DNA of 64,000 nt, taken from the NCBI RefSeq assembly GCF_006345805.1, contig NC_043008.1:75020001-75084000 (forward strand). The letters run 5' to 3'. The notes under the pieces were generated by a model that had not been told where the DNA came from, did no database searches, and worked only from the letters and a program-made list of their open reading frames with translations. The stretch comes from Octopus sinensis (lineage: Eukaryota). The stretch's first letter is position 1. The number at the start of each line of letters is the position of its first letter. The position numbers were made by a program, and so were the translations under genes. Positions 26,271 through 39,339 of the stretch are shown piece after piece.

Positions 26271-28554
26271 AAAAGGTCCTATGTGAGCTTATGGTATCTA
26301 CAGTTATGTTACCCCAGTATAGGTGACATTTAAGATTTGTTGACTATCAACGAACTGAATATAAATGATATTCCTTTTACGACAACAAAATATAATGTGA
26401 TTGGAATAACTCTTCAATTAAGTAGTCCCACCAAGTGTTAAAACTCTGAAATATTTTAGAGCAGATCCGTGCTGAAAATATAACGTACTGAAAATATAAT
26501 GGGAAACTTTGCTCCGATGGTTTTTCTTATCCATCATTTACACACAGACTAGAACAGTTATGGAAACAACATGAAATTTTCAATGCTAAAAAACTGAACG
26601 AAGCAGGTTAAATTTAATAAAAATTATTTTTAAATCTCTACACTTTATTCTGTCAGTGTTATGTCCCTTACACCTGAAAATTGTTTTAAAAAATAGTTAT
26701 TTCCTCTTTTTAAAACAGTTTTATATTGTTATTTAAATAGTATTTAAAATTTATGCTTGATTTAATTATATAGTTTTTGAAATTTGAAAACGTAAAAAGT
26801 GAAAGTCAACGAAAATTCATTGTTTACATAAAAATTAACCGAAATCTCTTATTTATAATATATCAAATGAATTTTGTCTGAAAACAGTTTCGGTTAACAA
26901 ATGAAGAGTTATCTCCCCTACACTAAAATCCTGACGTCCATAGGATTGAATCAGTTTTTTACGCAATAAATTTTGTTTCTGTTTCTATCCACATTTCTTT
27001 CATTAATCGAAAAGCAACTCATTTTATTTCTTTAAGTTTATTGTATAAATAAATTCCACAAGTATGCCTGACAATTTTCTACCCAACTTGCTTTCAACAA
27101 ACTATCAACAAGAACTGCTTTTATTCTTTGTTCTTTCAGGCAATTAATCCAGTTCTGTAGTTCTAGTTACTAAATAATCCCCTCATCAACAACACTCAAT
27201 TGCCGTTGCTATGAGACCAAACAATTTATACTCAAAGACTGTTTTCTTCCTCCTTAAAATGTCATATTTTCATGAAATGTAACTTAATACTGTAATTTTT
27301 TGTTTATAAAATCTGTTATGATTAATTTCTTTGTTCTTTTTTTATTTACTTTTTTTTTACCAATCATTTCATGTATGTATGTATGTATGTATGTATGTAT
27401 GTATGTATATGATGCATGTGTCTGTAACCAGTAAAATGTCAACGCCAATTTAATAATTTCCTTTGATTTGGTACAAGAATATATATTGTTTTAAGTGAAA
27501 TAATTGATAGTCGGGGCTCTTTAAAATGCATTTTCGCAAAGTAGAAGGACCAATAAAGCAGGTGGTTCACTGTTTGAATCTTTTTCTTTCCCTCTTTTCT
27601 CTCTCTCTTTTCTCTCTCTCTCCCATCTTTGTCACACGTATGCATGGGATAAAACGCCTGTATATATCAGAGGTCTTTCACTGACACCTTAATATAAATT
27701 CTTAAGAGCAACATGAACTGAAGTTAAATAAAGTGATGCCTGTACAACGAATTTTATCTCATAGAACTAAAATTGACAATCCTGTCACTGCTTATTCTCT
27801 CGACCTCTTCACTTCTAGCGATGTAACCAAGAACAGAAACCATCTAGCATAGTGGTTCTCAACAAGGGTCCATATGACACCTAATGGAGAGGCTATATAA
27901 GGTTTTTTGGGGTCCTCGCATACAAAATAGTAATTTGGGGATCTACAATATTATTTTAAGAGTCCATGAAAAAAATTGCTTTTGCTGTATTTATTGCAAA
28001 AATAAAAAAATAACAAAAAGAAACCAGTTATGTTTCTTTCTCTGACACTTAACATAATTTAGCATGTTTCTTTCGTACGTATGCAAGTGAATATATGAAA
28101 AGCAAAATAGGAATTCTGAAAGAAGCATCTATAAAATTAGCTTTTAAAAGATCGAACGGCTATGGAGGTCCACTAGAATCAAATAATAATCTGAGGCGTC
28201 CACTGATCTAGATGATTCTGACCTGTACTTTAAAGAGAGGAGTCTTATTTTTGTTGTGTGTTGGATGGGAAGATAGATAGGGAATGCTGGACAAATTGGT
28301 ATTGTGATGAAGTGCTTGTGGAATTGGTAAAGGAGTGCACAAAATGATGGAGTGGTAGACTATCTTGTGGATGATAGAGTGTGTGAAACATTTGTGATAC
28401 GTTACTATTTGTAGAATATTGGGTTTGCTGTATAGAGTTATGTCCCTTTACAGTCTAAGTTTGCTATTAATTCTTCGACTTCAGTGAATCCAGTCGACTA
28501 CTATCACCAGTTACATTACCTGTTCCTTAACACAAAACGTCATGCCTTGTGCCC

Positions 28555-28711
28555 ATAATTATGTCGCCGAGGGCGACTATGCCTTTCATCCTTTCAGGGT
28601 CGATATAAGAGGTACCAGTTGAGCATTGGGGTCGATGTAATCGACAAGTCCCCTCCCTCCAAATTTCAGACCTTGTGTCTATACTAGAAATTATTATTAT
28701 TATTATTATTA

Positions 28712-28760
<49 letters not shown>

Positions 28761-28977
28761 TATTATTAAGGCGGTGAGCTGGCAGAATCGTTAGAATGCT
28801 GGATGAAATGCTTAGAAGTATTTCGCCCGTTGTTATGTTTTGGGTTCAAATTCCGCCGAGGTCAACTTTGCCTTTCAACCTTTCGGGGTGGATAAATTGA
28901 GTACCAGTGACACCTCACCATTTCAGGTCTTGTGCCTTTAGTAGAAAGGGTTATTATTATTATTATTATTATTATTA

Positions 28978-29019
<42 letters not shown>

Positions 29020-29683
29020 GGTGGCAAGCTGGCAGAATCGTTAACATGCCGGACAAAGTGCTTAGCAGCATTTCGTCCGTCTTTATGTACTGAGTTCAAA
29101 TTCCTCCAAGGTCAACTTTGCCTTTCATCGTTTCTGGGTCGATAAAATAGTTACCAGTTGAGTACTGGGTCAATGTATTTGACTCATCCCCTTTACTCCG
29201 AAATTGCTAAATTTGTACCAAAATTTGAAACTAAAATCTGAAACCATTATTACAATTCATCTTATTATTATTATTAAGGCAGCAAGCTGGCAGAATTGTT
29301 AGCATACTGGGCAAAATGCATGGCAGCACTTTGTCCATCTTTACGTTCTGAGTTCAAATTCTGTCACAGTTGACTTTGGACACTGTTGAACACTGGAGTC
29401 GATGTAGTCAACTTTCCCCTTCCCCCAAAATTTCTGGCCTTGTTCCTTTAGTAGAAAAGATTATTATTATTAAGGCAGCAAGGTGGCAGAATCCTAAGCA
29501 TGTCGGGTAAAATGCTGAGTGGTATTTTGTCAATCTTTATGTTGTGAGTTCAAATTTCCACTGAGGTCAACTTTATCTTTCATTGTTTCGGGGTTGATAA
29601 AATTGACCAGTTGACCACTAGGGTGATGTAATCTACTTATCCTTTTCCTCTGAAACTGCTGGCCTTGTGCCAAAATTTAATAC

Positions 29684-29716
<33 letters not shown>

Positions 29717-30070
29717 GGCAGTGAGCTGATAAAATTGTTAGCAGCCTGAACAAAACGCTTTGTGGTATTTAGTTTCTCTTTATGTTCTGAGTTCAAATTA
29801 TGTCAAGACAGAATTTGCCAGTTATTTGTTTGTGGTTGATGAAAAAAAACACTATCAGTTGTGCACTGGGGTCAGTGTAATTCCTAGTCTTGCGCCAAAA
29901 TTTGAGAACCATTATTATTGTTGTTGTTTCTGATTTAGGTACAAGGCCAGCAATTTTGAGGGAAGGGGATTAGTCTGTATCATCGACTCCAGTAATTGAC
30001 TTGCTCTGTATTTTATCATTCACCCCAAAGTCAAAGCTGAGGAAGGCAGGACTTGAACTCAGAATCCCAC
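28555..30070 (+). mobile_element. Stack of SINE family B copies separated by (ATT)n
   Basis: Heads AAGGC/AAGGT at 28768, 29018, 29276, 29472 and 29715, a 5'-truncated copy at ~28555, and an inverted partial copy at ~29930-30070. Confidence 0.9.
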
Positions 30071-30184
30071 CAACTTAGCACTCATTGTCTTGAGGGCTGA
30101 AAATGTACAATACTAGTTAAGTTCTCCAGTCAACAGATTCAACTAAAATTGCTAGCCTTAGTGCCCAAATTCAATATATATATA

Positions 30185-30249
<65 letters not shown>

Positions 30250-30552
30250 TGTGTGTGTGTGTGTAAATATATGGGAACATTTTATAAACAAACTTTAGAA
30301 GTACTGAGTGTGTTTGGTACTTTATAGACAACAAAGCAAGTTTCAAATGCTGTATATCTGTGAAAACAGCAAGAAAGTTTGGGTATTTACCTTTAGAAGA
30401 TGGAAAAAGGTGTCAGCAGGTGGTTACAGATTATTAAACCCTATTTTCTCTATCATCTAAGGGTAAATACCCAATTTTTCTTGGCTGTTTTCATGACTAT
30501 ACTGCATTTGCAATTTACTTTTTGTCTGTAAGACACATGCACACACACACAT

Positions 30553-30586
<34 letters not shown>

Positions 30587-30594
30587 ATGTATAT

Positions 30595-30760
30595 GTAGGT
30601 ACAGGCATGGCTTTTTGGTTAAGAAGCCCTACTTCCCAATTGTGTGTCATGTCTTGTGTTTATTCCCTCTGCATGAAACTTTGGGGAAGTCTCTTCTAAT
30701 ATAGCCTACCAAAGCTTTGTGAGTGGATTTAATGGAAAATTGAAAGGAGTCCAGGCTAAA
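30595..30760 (+). mobile_element. SINE family A, diverged 5' half
   Basis: ...CTAATATAGCCTACCAAAGCTTTGTGAGTGGATTT matches the family A body. Confidence 0.6.
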
Positions 30761-30881
30761 TATATATATGAGAATTAAGGATAACCATAGGTTTCTATTA
30801 TAGTTCCTGTGTGTATGTTTCACCATTATAGCTATTTGGAGCACTGCAATATATTTTCCAAGTGCATTCAGATCTATTTAT

Positions 30882-31300
30882 CTATCCACTCAGTTGAAGT
30901 CGACTCTCGGTTACTCGATAGATCAGTGTCCTCCAGTCAGTTCTATCCTGTGCCGCTTCTTTCAGATTGGCTATGTCCATTCCGGTATCACTCTTGATGG
31001 TGTCAAGCCAGCGGGTGCTTGGTCGGCCTTTTCCTCTCTTGCCACTGACCATTCCAAGCACGGTGTCCTTCTCCAGGGATTTTCTCCTCATAATATGACT
31101 GAAATATGCCAATCTATGCTTGGTGATCCTAGCTTCTAGTGACATTTTTAGCCTGATCTGCTTAAGAACTTCTCCATTGGTGAGCCTCGCTGTCCATGGA
31201 ATCTGTAAAAGTCTTCTCCAACACCATGGTCAACCATTGTGATTGAGCATCTAAATGTGCTTGGAACACCTGTAGGGCTCTGAACAACCATAATGGGGAA
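30882..31300 (-). mobile_element. BovB-like RTE 3' fragment
   Basis: WCWRRLLQIPWTARLTNGEVLKQI...YFSHIMRRKSLEKDTVLGMVSGKRGKGRPSTRWLD. Confidence 0.8.
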
Positions 31301-31914
31301 ACACGCATAGAAACTATAATATAAAACTTGCATTTATCCTTATTTCTGTTACATTTGCTCTGTGGTTCATAACTAGAAATACGACTCAGTATAAAAGTTG
31401 CTTAACATCTATACAGGAAACTGAGTAGATTATGATAATCAACATGGTGCTTTAAACATAACAGTAGCAGTTGAACAGTTGTACTCAGGATTTCTAATAT
31501 ATGTGTGTGTCAGTGAGTGAGTGTCTTTATCTGGACATGATTGTAAATGAGCTTTATCTTCATTTGATTCAGGTTGTTCATTTCCAGTCTGTGTGAAAAA
31601 CATGTCTGGCTATGGGGAGATATTAACTTGCATGGGAAAAATTGACTTTTGTCGACAGGAAAGCATATAGCCATAAACAAATCTGCTCAACAAATTTCAT
31701 CTGACTCATGCAAGTATGGGAAACGGGACATTGAGTAATGATACTATATATATGTGTGCATGTATCTTTTCATTTTTTATCTTTTACTACTTTAAGGAGT
31801 TTTAGTCAAGCAAATTGACATCAGCACTCGGCTATTTTTAAGTCTGCAACTTATTCTGTCCTTTTGCCAAACACTAAGTTACGGGGACATAAACAAACCA
31901 ACACTCTGTCAGGT

Positions 31915-32683
31915 TGAAATGTCGGACTTCTTTTTCTTTTAATTCCCAGACATATTTCGCCAGGTTGGTCTTCGTCCTGTTTTCGGGGGTATCCGAAGGA
32001 ATTTTTATGTGAATAGAATCGGGTTTTGAAAGTAATTTCAGAAGCCCCTGTATAAGTTCTATATTTGCGTGAGCCTTCTATCTGCACATTGGCTCTATAC
32101 ACCATTCCTTTCTCCGGACATTTTCCTTCCAACAGACAGGAGAACCCATCTTTGAAATTACAGTTTTTAAGAAGAGAATCGGCACTCTGGTTATTAGCAA
32201 TTATCCTACTGTTGTGTTGGTTAATGAAAGAGGCGAAGTTTCTGCAACAAGAATAGCTGATCTAAAGCGTTTTCCATTAAATATTCTATAAAACTTATGC
32301 CTAGATATTGACGGGTAAAAATCAATAATATCAAACTGCGTAAAGTTGCAGTTATGCTTGTAGCTAATCCCTCTAAACCAATCTATAACTAACTTACTAT
32401 TCTTCCAAATTCTCAAATATAATTCAGTATATAACTTAGTTAAAATACGGTCCAAGATATATTTGCTAATAATGCCTATTTCAGATTTAGCCGGATTAAT
32501 CAATCTACATTTAGGTTTTCTATTAAAATTGGCTTTATGGTATTTTAGGGTAATAAAAGCGGGTCGGGGGAAAATATATTTTATCCTATCGCTAATCTTA
32601 AGATTGTTAGCTATTCTTCTTGCCTCCAAATTCACCCCGACCAGCTTTATACTTGTTTCTGGAGAGATTACGTCCTTTGTTTA
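31915..32683 (-). mobile_element. Penelope-like element fragment: RT N-terminal half fused by internal deletion to the linker and GIY-YIG endonuclease
   Basis: FITLKYHKANF..KPKCRLINPAKSEIG...QFDIIDFYPSIS; then ISYSC..NFASFINQHN; then CNF...CLLEGKC.EKGMVYRA...YTGASEITFKTRFYSHKNSF. Confidence 0.88.
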
Positions 32684-33379
32684 GTGGCATATTTTTCCCA
32701 ATATTGTAAACAAAAAATTATGATCATAGAAAAAAATTATACATTAATCCCTAATTTTATAAGTAGTTGTATCCGTAAAAATTTTATTTCAAGAGAGCAG
32801 AAATTGAAAGAAGATAAGCGAAAAGAACAGAGAAAGAAAGTGAAAGATGTATGTACGTCTATATGAAATGGACGTGTGTGTGTGTGTGTGTGTATGTGTG
32901 TCTGTGCGTGCGTGCTGGTGCGTGTGCATGTGAGAGAGAAAGAGGGTGTGAAAGAGATAGAGTGAGTGAGTGAGTGAAGGTGTGTGTCGTGATGATTGAT
33001 GTCTTTTAAGGTTCACACACATATAGAAAATGTGACGTAATAGTATAAAATTTTTACAATAGCTGATTTATGGAAAAAAATATGTTAAACTTTTGAAATG
33101 AAAATTAAGTTTAATTTGTAGCTAAAATAGTACTGAAAATTTGTAACGCGGTTTTGGAAAGCATAAGGAATATATAATATCAAAGATGAGGCAGACCTGT
33201 ACATGGTAGCTAGACTTGGTAGAAATAGCAGCCACATCTCCTTCAAAACACCCTACTGTCTTAATCCGACAATTCTGCCTATTATGTAGTTTGAATGAGA
33301 AACTGTAACTAAAGATAAAGATTATTAACCCCACAGAGAGAGGAGAGAAGAGAGACAGCATAGCGACAGTTTTGTCTGA

Positions 33380-33640
33380 CTGTCATCCTGTACTCCCCTT
33401 ATTGCTAGTGAAATGGCATGAGCCGGCTGCTTGCGCAACTGCTTGTTTTAATGGCGGAACAAACGACATAAAGATTACAAATACTTCTCACTTTGAAATT
33501 AACAAGTTTGAAACTCTTTTTAGATTACAGAGCGCCCAGCTCTCTCATGTTTAAAATTTCAGCACGATCGGATGAACAATACTCGGGTTATAAGCGCACA
33601 AACAGACAGACAGACGGAACGGATTTTATATATTAAGATA
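33380..33640 (+). mobile_element. Helentron/DINE-1-like non-autonomous element 3' end
   Basis: AAATTTCAGCACGATCGGATG...(ACAG)n...ACGGATTTTATATATTAAGAT. A similar end occurs at 40360-40460. Confidence 0.5.
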
Positions 33641-33666
33641 AATCTGAATATATATATATATAAATC

Positions 33667-33709
<43 letters not shown>

Positions 33710-33729
33710 CTATATATAAACATATATAT

Positions 33730-34122
33730 ATACTCTTTACTCTTTTACTTGTTTCAGTCATTTAACAGTGGCCATACTGGAGCACCTCTTTTAGTCGAGG
33801 AAATCGACCCTAGGACTTATTCTTTGTAAGCCTAGTACTTATTCTATCGGTCTCTTTTGCCGAACCACTAAGTTATGGGGACGTAAATCCACCAGCATCG
33901 GTTGTCAAGCGATGTTGAGGGAACAAACACAGACACACAAATACACACACACACATATATACATATATACGACGGGATTCTTTCAGTTTCCATCTACCAA
34001 ATCCACTTACAAGGCTTTGGTCGGCCCGAGGCTATAGTAGAAGACACTGGCCCAAGATGCCACGCAGTGGGACTGAATCCAGAACCATATTGTTGGTAAG
34101 CAAGCTACTTACGACAGCCATT
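33730..34122 (-). mobile_element. SINE family A
   Basis: Near full-length match to 5161-5589. Confidence 0.9.
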
Positions 34123-35394
34123 CATATATATATATATATATAAATATATATATATAGGAATATAATATTTAGTAGAGTTAGCCTTTGGAATAACCGTCTA
34201 AGGGATAAGAATATCCGTTTTTCTACCGGTTTTAATTACCTATGTTAATCGTGGGCATACATATGCAACCATATTATGCTGATAGGATACAGGGAATAAC
34301 GAAGATAAACAAAAGTTTATCAGGAATTAAATTTAAGTAAAGCAGAAAATAGAGAAATCATGTTCAACAATTGACAAATATCGATTATTATTTTTTAATA
34401 CAAAACTTTATCCCATCTAACAACCGTTTCTGCTTCCAGTGTCGTACAGTGTTGCCAATGAAAATTCTGAGGATAATATTCGTCATATTTTGTAACACAT
34501 CCGATCTGGAACATGGAACTTCATCAGATTGAAGAAAAATACATAAAATAAAAGGACAGAAAAGAAGAAGAGCCTCGAGAAAAGGAAAATTAAGGCTTAA
34601 TATATTTAAATCCTACCATTTTGCCTTGTAACAGTTTAGGATGTTGACTAAACTAGAAATATTAATTGGTTGGCTAAGCTTTCTTTAGGGGTAACAGGGT
34701 GTATAAATAATAAAAAAAAAGTAAAATATGTACTTCACCATAACGGGATACGCCAATAGGTCTAGAAAAAGAGGGAGTGATAGTGCCATAACGTTTAAAA
34801 GTAATCATAATACTTCTTAAGATTATGTTAATAGTACTAATTAATGTATATCCAATCAAAATGCCCATCAATTAATTACGTTTATTTACTTACTGATAAA
34901 TTGTTAAGACCAACCAACCATTGTCCAAAGTCCAGCTTTCAGTATATTTGGTCAGTTAAACTTGAAAACAAGGGGCAAGCTATTTAGACCGTTATACGGG
35001 TAGATGTAAATAAAAAAGTTAATAAAAAGTAAAAGTATGAAGAAGTAACATATGTTATAAGTGGCCCAAGGCCGCTTTAGACATTATAAATAAAACAACT
35101 AGGTATGTAAACAAGCACCATACGAAGGAAAGTATATCTCCCGCAGTGTCGTTAAAACCTAGAGGGATCCCTATTTGGACCGTTATGGATTAAGGGGGTT
35201 GGTTGGAGGAAAGATTGGACAAAAGATTTATAAAATAGGAGTGAGAGATTAGCAGATACAGAAAGGAAGTTAATTAGCAGGGGAGGGACGAGGGGGTGGG
35301 GGTAAAAGTGGAACTACGGCGGTTAATGAGAGACCACCGTTAATTGGAGGTAATGGCTAGGGCATTGACCTTCAATTAGAGAATTATAATACAT

Positions 35395-35615
35395 ATTTCT
35401 TTATTACCCACAAGGAGCTAAAAATAGAGGGGACAAACAAGGACAGACATAGGTATTAAGTCGATTACATCGACCCCAGTGCGTAACTGGTACTTAATTT
35501 ATCGACCCTGAAAGGATGAAAGGCAAAGTCGACCTCGGCAGAATTTGAACTCACAACGTAACGGCAGACGAAATACAGCTAAGCATTTCGCCCGACGTGC
35601 TAACGTTTCTGCTAT
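35395..35615 (-). mobile_element. SINE family B
   Basis: GATTACATCGACCCCAGTGCGTAACTGG...GGCAAAGTCGACCTCGGC...CATTTCGCCCGACGTGCTAAC. Confidence 0.85.
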
Positions 35616-35867
35616 TATAATACAATCTTCTGAAATAACAACCTCAGTACCCAAGCGGAGCTCTTACTAGAGAAATAGTAATTGTATAAACATTCCTAAA
35701 CACATTCAGCCTAGTGGTCCTATGAAAAGGTATAAGCACAAATCTCAAAATTACTTAAATGAGTACAATTAAATCACTGGCTAATTACTATTATTGTCAC
35801 AGATACAGTGTCCCACTGCAGTTTGCTCAATCATACTTAATATACTACTACTACTACTACTACTATT

Positions 35868-35898
<31 letters not shown>

Positions 35899-35941
35899 TT
35901 ATATTATTAATATTACTAACCTTGCCGATATATCAACCCTT

Positions 35942-36385
35942 GGGATCTTTTCGGTTTGAACGGCAGTTTTTTCTAGCGGTGTCATATGAAATTGTCACCC
36001 ATAGTTATGACCCTAGTATCGATCTATTGCATTCCAATCTGTTATAGGGTTAGGGTTAGTTAGGGTTAGTTAGGGCTAGGGTGAGGGTGGTGGGGAAGGG
36101 TATCTTTTTTCTTCACAAATGTAAGTAAACCCAACCTGTTTCTTAAATGCGGGACATATTCATACGGCACAGAATGTTTTTTTTACCTCAATGGACGTCA
36201 TCGACTGGTTGAAATTGCAGAAATTAAAGAAAAAACAACAAATATCTTACAAACAATAGAATTTTCTCAATAAAGTTAAGAGAAAAAGATGTTTTATAAA
36301 CACATTCTACCAGTATACGAAGTTTAAATTTTTATAGTTACCCAGAAATTATGTTAAAAACTGCCGTTCAAACCGAAAAGATCCC
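35942..36385. mobile_element. MITE with perfect ~30-bp TIRs and internal TTAGGG-like repeats
   Basis: GGGATCTTTTCGGTTTGAACGGCAGTTTTT / AAAAACTGCCGTTCAAACCGAAAAGATCCC, flanked by AACCCTT on both sides. Confidence 0.9.
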
Positions 36386-36685
36386 AACCCTTGCTTGTGT
36401 GCATACATACCACAAATTACAGTTCCATTCATACAAAATATGCCTAAGGGCAATAATAGTTCATAGGAAAGCATAATGCAGTTCATAGTTCATAGGAAAG
36501 CATAATGCAGTACAAAGCACAAGCAAATACAACCTAAAGAGGTGTGAAGTTAATATTAAATTGATAAATTGTTATACGGGGAGGGGTGGTTCTGAAATGA
36601 GTATATCTAATGGGGTCATCAATAAATGGAAGTAGACCCATATGCTGACTGAAAATTAGACCCAGAATGAAATTAAGTTAAACAG

Positions 36686-37049
36686 AAGTAGCTTGCTTAC
36701 GAACCGCATGGTTCCGAATTCAGTCCCACTACGTAGCACCTTAGGCAAGTGTCTTCTACTATAGCCTCGGGCCGACCAAGCCTTGTGAGTGGATTTGGTA
36801 GGCGAAAACTGAAAGAAGCCCGTTGTATATATGTATATATATATATATATGTATGTATGTGTGTGTATACGTTTGTATGTCTGTGTCCCCCCCCCAACAT
36901 CGCTTGACAACTGATGCTGGTGTATTTATGTTCCAGTAACTTAGCGGTTCAGCATAAAAGACCGATAGATTAAGTACTAGGCTTACAAAGTCGATTTTCT
37001 CGACTAAAGGTGGTGTTCCACAGTGAAATGACTGAAACAAGTAAAAGAG
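36686..37049 (+). mobile_element. SINE family A
   Basis: AGTAGCTTGCTTACGAACCGCATGGTTCCGAATTCAGTCCCAC...GAAACAAGTAAAAGAG. Confidence 0.9.
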
Positions 37050-37640
37050 GAACAGCGTAAGCTAACACATGGTATAGGAAGTAAAGTTAGTTGCAAATAA
37101 GTCCATTGCTGAAGTACAGGCTCACTTGGGGGAAGTGGTGGTAATTGTGGGGGATTGGATACTTATGCTCTCTGTATTCTAAATTAGGTTCATAATTAAA
37201 AGAACTGGTATTATTAAAGGGGTGAAAAGGTTATATTAAGGAGAGATAGATTAATATATTATGTAATTCAGTTATTATGTGTGGGAGGTGTAGGGATATT
37301 AATCCTGGACTACCTATAAGGGACCTAGGTGTGTAAAACTGTTAAACTAGTTTTAAGTGGAAGTTAATATATGCCATCATTTAGTATTGAAATCTACTAT
37401 TTGTGTGGTAAAGAGCTCTGGGTGCTATTTGTGGGGATGAGGCAAAGGGTCTCTAATGCAGTTTATATTTAGAGAGCTACCCAAAGTGAATGTATATATA
37501 AATTATATATATATTAAATGTGGCTAACCCCTAAGGGTGGATGCTACTGAAGCTTGTAGCCCCAGGAGGACATCTCCAGCTGGCTATTGACACACTTTCT
37601 GTGCCCTATTAATTGCAAAGGGGAACCGTCCTTCCCGTCT

Positions 37641-37687
37641 TCACACGAACTCGAGTTTCTAGGTATTGACCCGTCATCAGCGTGTGA
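37641..37687 (-). ncRNA. Type I hammerhead ribozyme motif (HHR-2)
   Basis: Minus: UCACACG-CUGAUGA-CGGGUCAAUACCUA-GAAA-CUCGAG-UU-CGUGUGA. Perfect 7-bp stem I, stem II GGGU/ACCU, palindromic stem III ACUCGAGU. Confidence 0.75.
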
Positions 37688-38021
37688 CAATCACGAATTT
37701 ATCTCTTTATTATAGGAACAAGGCCTGAATTCAGAAAGGACACACACAAACATGCGGGAACAAAAAACATATGAAAAAATGAATTACAATGAATTAAATT
37801 ATAATGAATACGAGACGGTTTTCTCGGTCCCGCTCCGAGACGAAACTGCGATTACTTTTTTATAATAAAACGTTCTTACAGTCTTTTTTCTTTTTTTCCT
37901 TTTTTTAATTTGTTCTTTTTCTTTGTCTTTTGTTTTTTTTGTATCGTTTCTTTTCTTTTTTCTCTATACATTTTAACAGTCTATTTTTTTTTTATGAAGT
38001 ATAAATTTTACTTACTTATTT

Positions 38022-39290
38022 TTAAATGTTCATAAAGGGTTTCAAAGCTTCTAATTCCACGACCGGTGGGAGCTCGTCAAACTCGACTTCAACCACCAGT
38101 GGGTCTATGAAAAGTTCGTACATCTCTCTTAATTTCAAATATCTCTCTTTATCTATGTGTGTTCCGGGTATTAGTGTGTTCCGGGTATTAGTGTGTTCCG
38201 GGTATTTTCCTGGCGGCAGCTTTACTCTTATTACCGATTTAAATTTTTCAATCGTTTTCTCTACTTCTTTACTTTTGTAATAAGTGGCTAAATGCCACTT
38301 GTATCTCTTTCTTTTCACTTCTGCTTGCTTCGGCTCCCGTCCTGATCTGTTCGGACGTGCAGAAACATCACAACCAATTTTATGAACGCTTCCTTTTTCT
38401 CCCTGTTGTAATGTTGTTTTTTCCTGTGTGCCTTCTTTCACCGCTGCTTCTGTTAGTGCTTCACACCTATTTCTCTTTTCTTCCATCACAATCTCCTTTA
38501 ACCTTTTTTGACTGTCTGGGGGATAATTCACCCGTTCCTTCTCTTCCTCGTGTTTACTACTGTGAAGGGTTCCTCCACTCTGTCTGTCTCTTTCGTTGGT
38601 ACTACCACTTCGGTATTTTTTCCTTCACTTTCTTTTTCCTCTTCTTTTTCCTTCTCGGGACATCTTGCTTTCATGTGCCCCTTTTTGCCGCATAGGAAGC
38701 ATGTTGGTGGTCTTCCTTCTACTGTTATTCGAAGTCTGCTGTCTTCCGTGAGTATTATTTCCTCCGTTATATTAGGCAAGTTTTCCAATAATACATGTAT
38801 GGTCACTTCGAGGCTATATCCCCACCAATTGGGATATAGTTCGTCTTCATCTTTAGGATCTCTACTCCATCCTTCATATCGTGCATAATGGCTGCTACCA
38901 GCCATTCTTCCTCGATTTCGGGGGGTAATCTTCTAACTCTCACTCTGGCTGTGCGTTTGCCACAGTACATCGGAAGTAGTATCCAATTCGTTGTCTGTAA
39001 CGACCCGTGGCGTGGTTTATGGCATCTTCTTCGTTGTCAAACCTTACTTTCACTGCCCATACTTCTTTCCACGTGTATAGAACGGGATCAATTTTTTCAC
39101 ATTTTCTAGGCATTCCCCCATTTCTTCTGTTGGGGCTACCTCTATCTTGTTCGAGGACGTAGATAACGTTCTGTATAATACCGTCCCCTTTTCTATGCTT
39201 TTCATTAGTTCTTCTGGGGTAGTCAGCTTTAGACTATTTCCTTCCTTTTTTTACAAATTTTCTTCCTTCCTTCCTCTTTCTTGTGTTCAT
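38022..39290 (-). pseudogene. Frameshifted L1/Tx1-type ORF1 (gag-like; RRM-like region plus CCHC zinc knuckle)
   Basis: Joined frames give ...KGTVLYRTLS...LLPMYCGKRTARVRVRRLPPEIEEEWLVAAI...LRITVEGRPPTCFLCGKKGHMKARCP..., followed by a charged C-terminal region ending at 38022. No ORF2 follows. Confidence 0.75.
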
Positions 39291-39339
39291 TTCTATTTCT
39301 TGCAATTCCAGGGTCTTAGTATTTATTCCTTGTGTCGTT

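Noticed and set aside
35281-35310. G-rich tract that could form a G-quadruplex
   Set aside because: Isolated, with no functional context visible.
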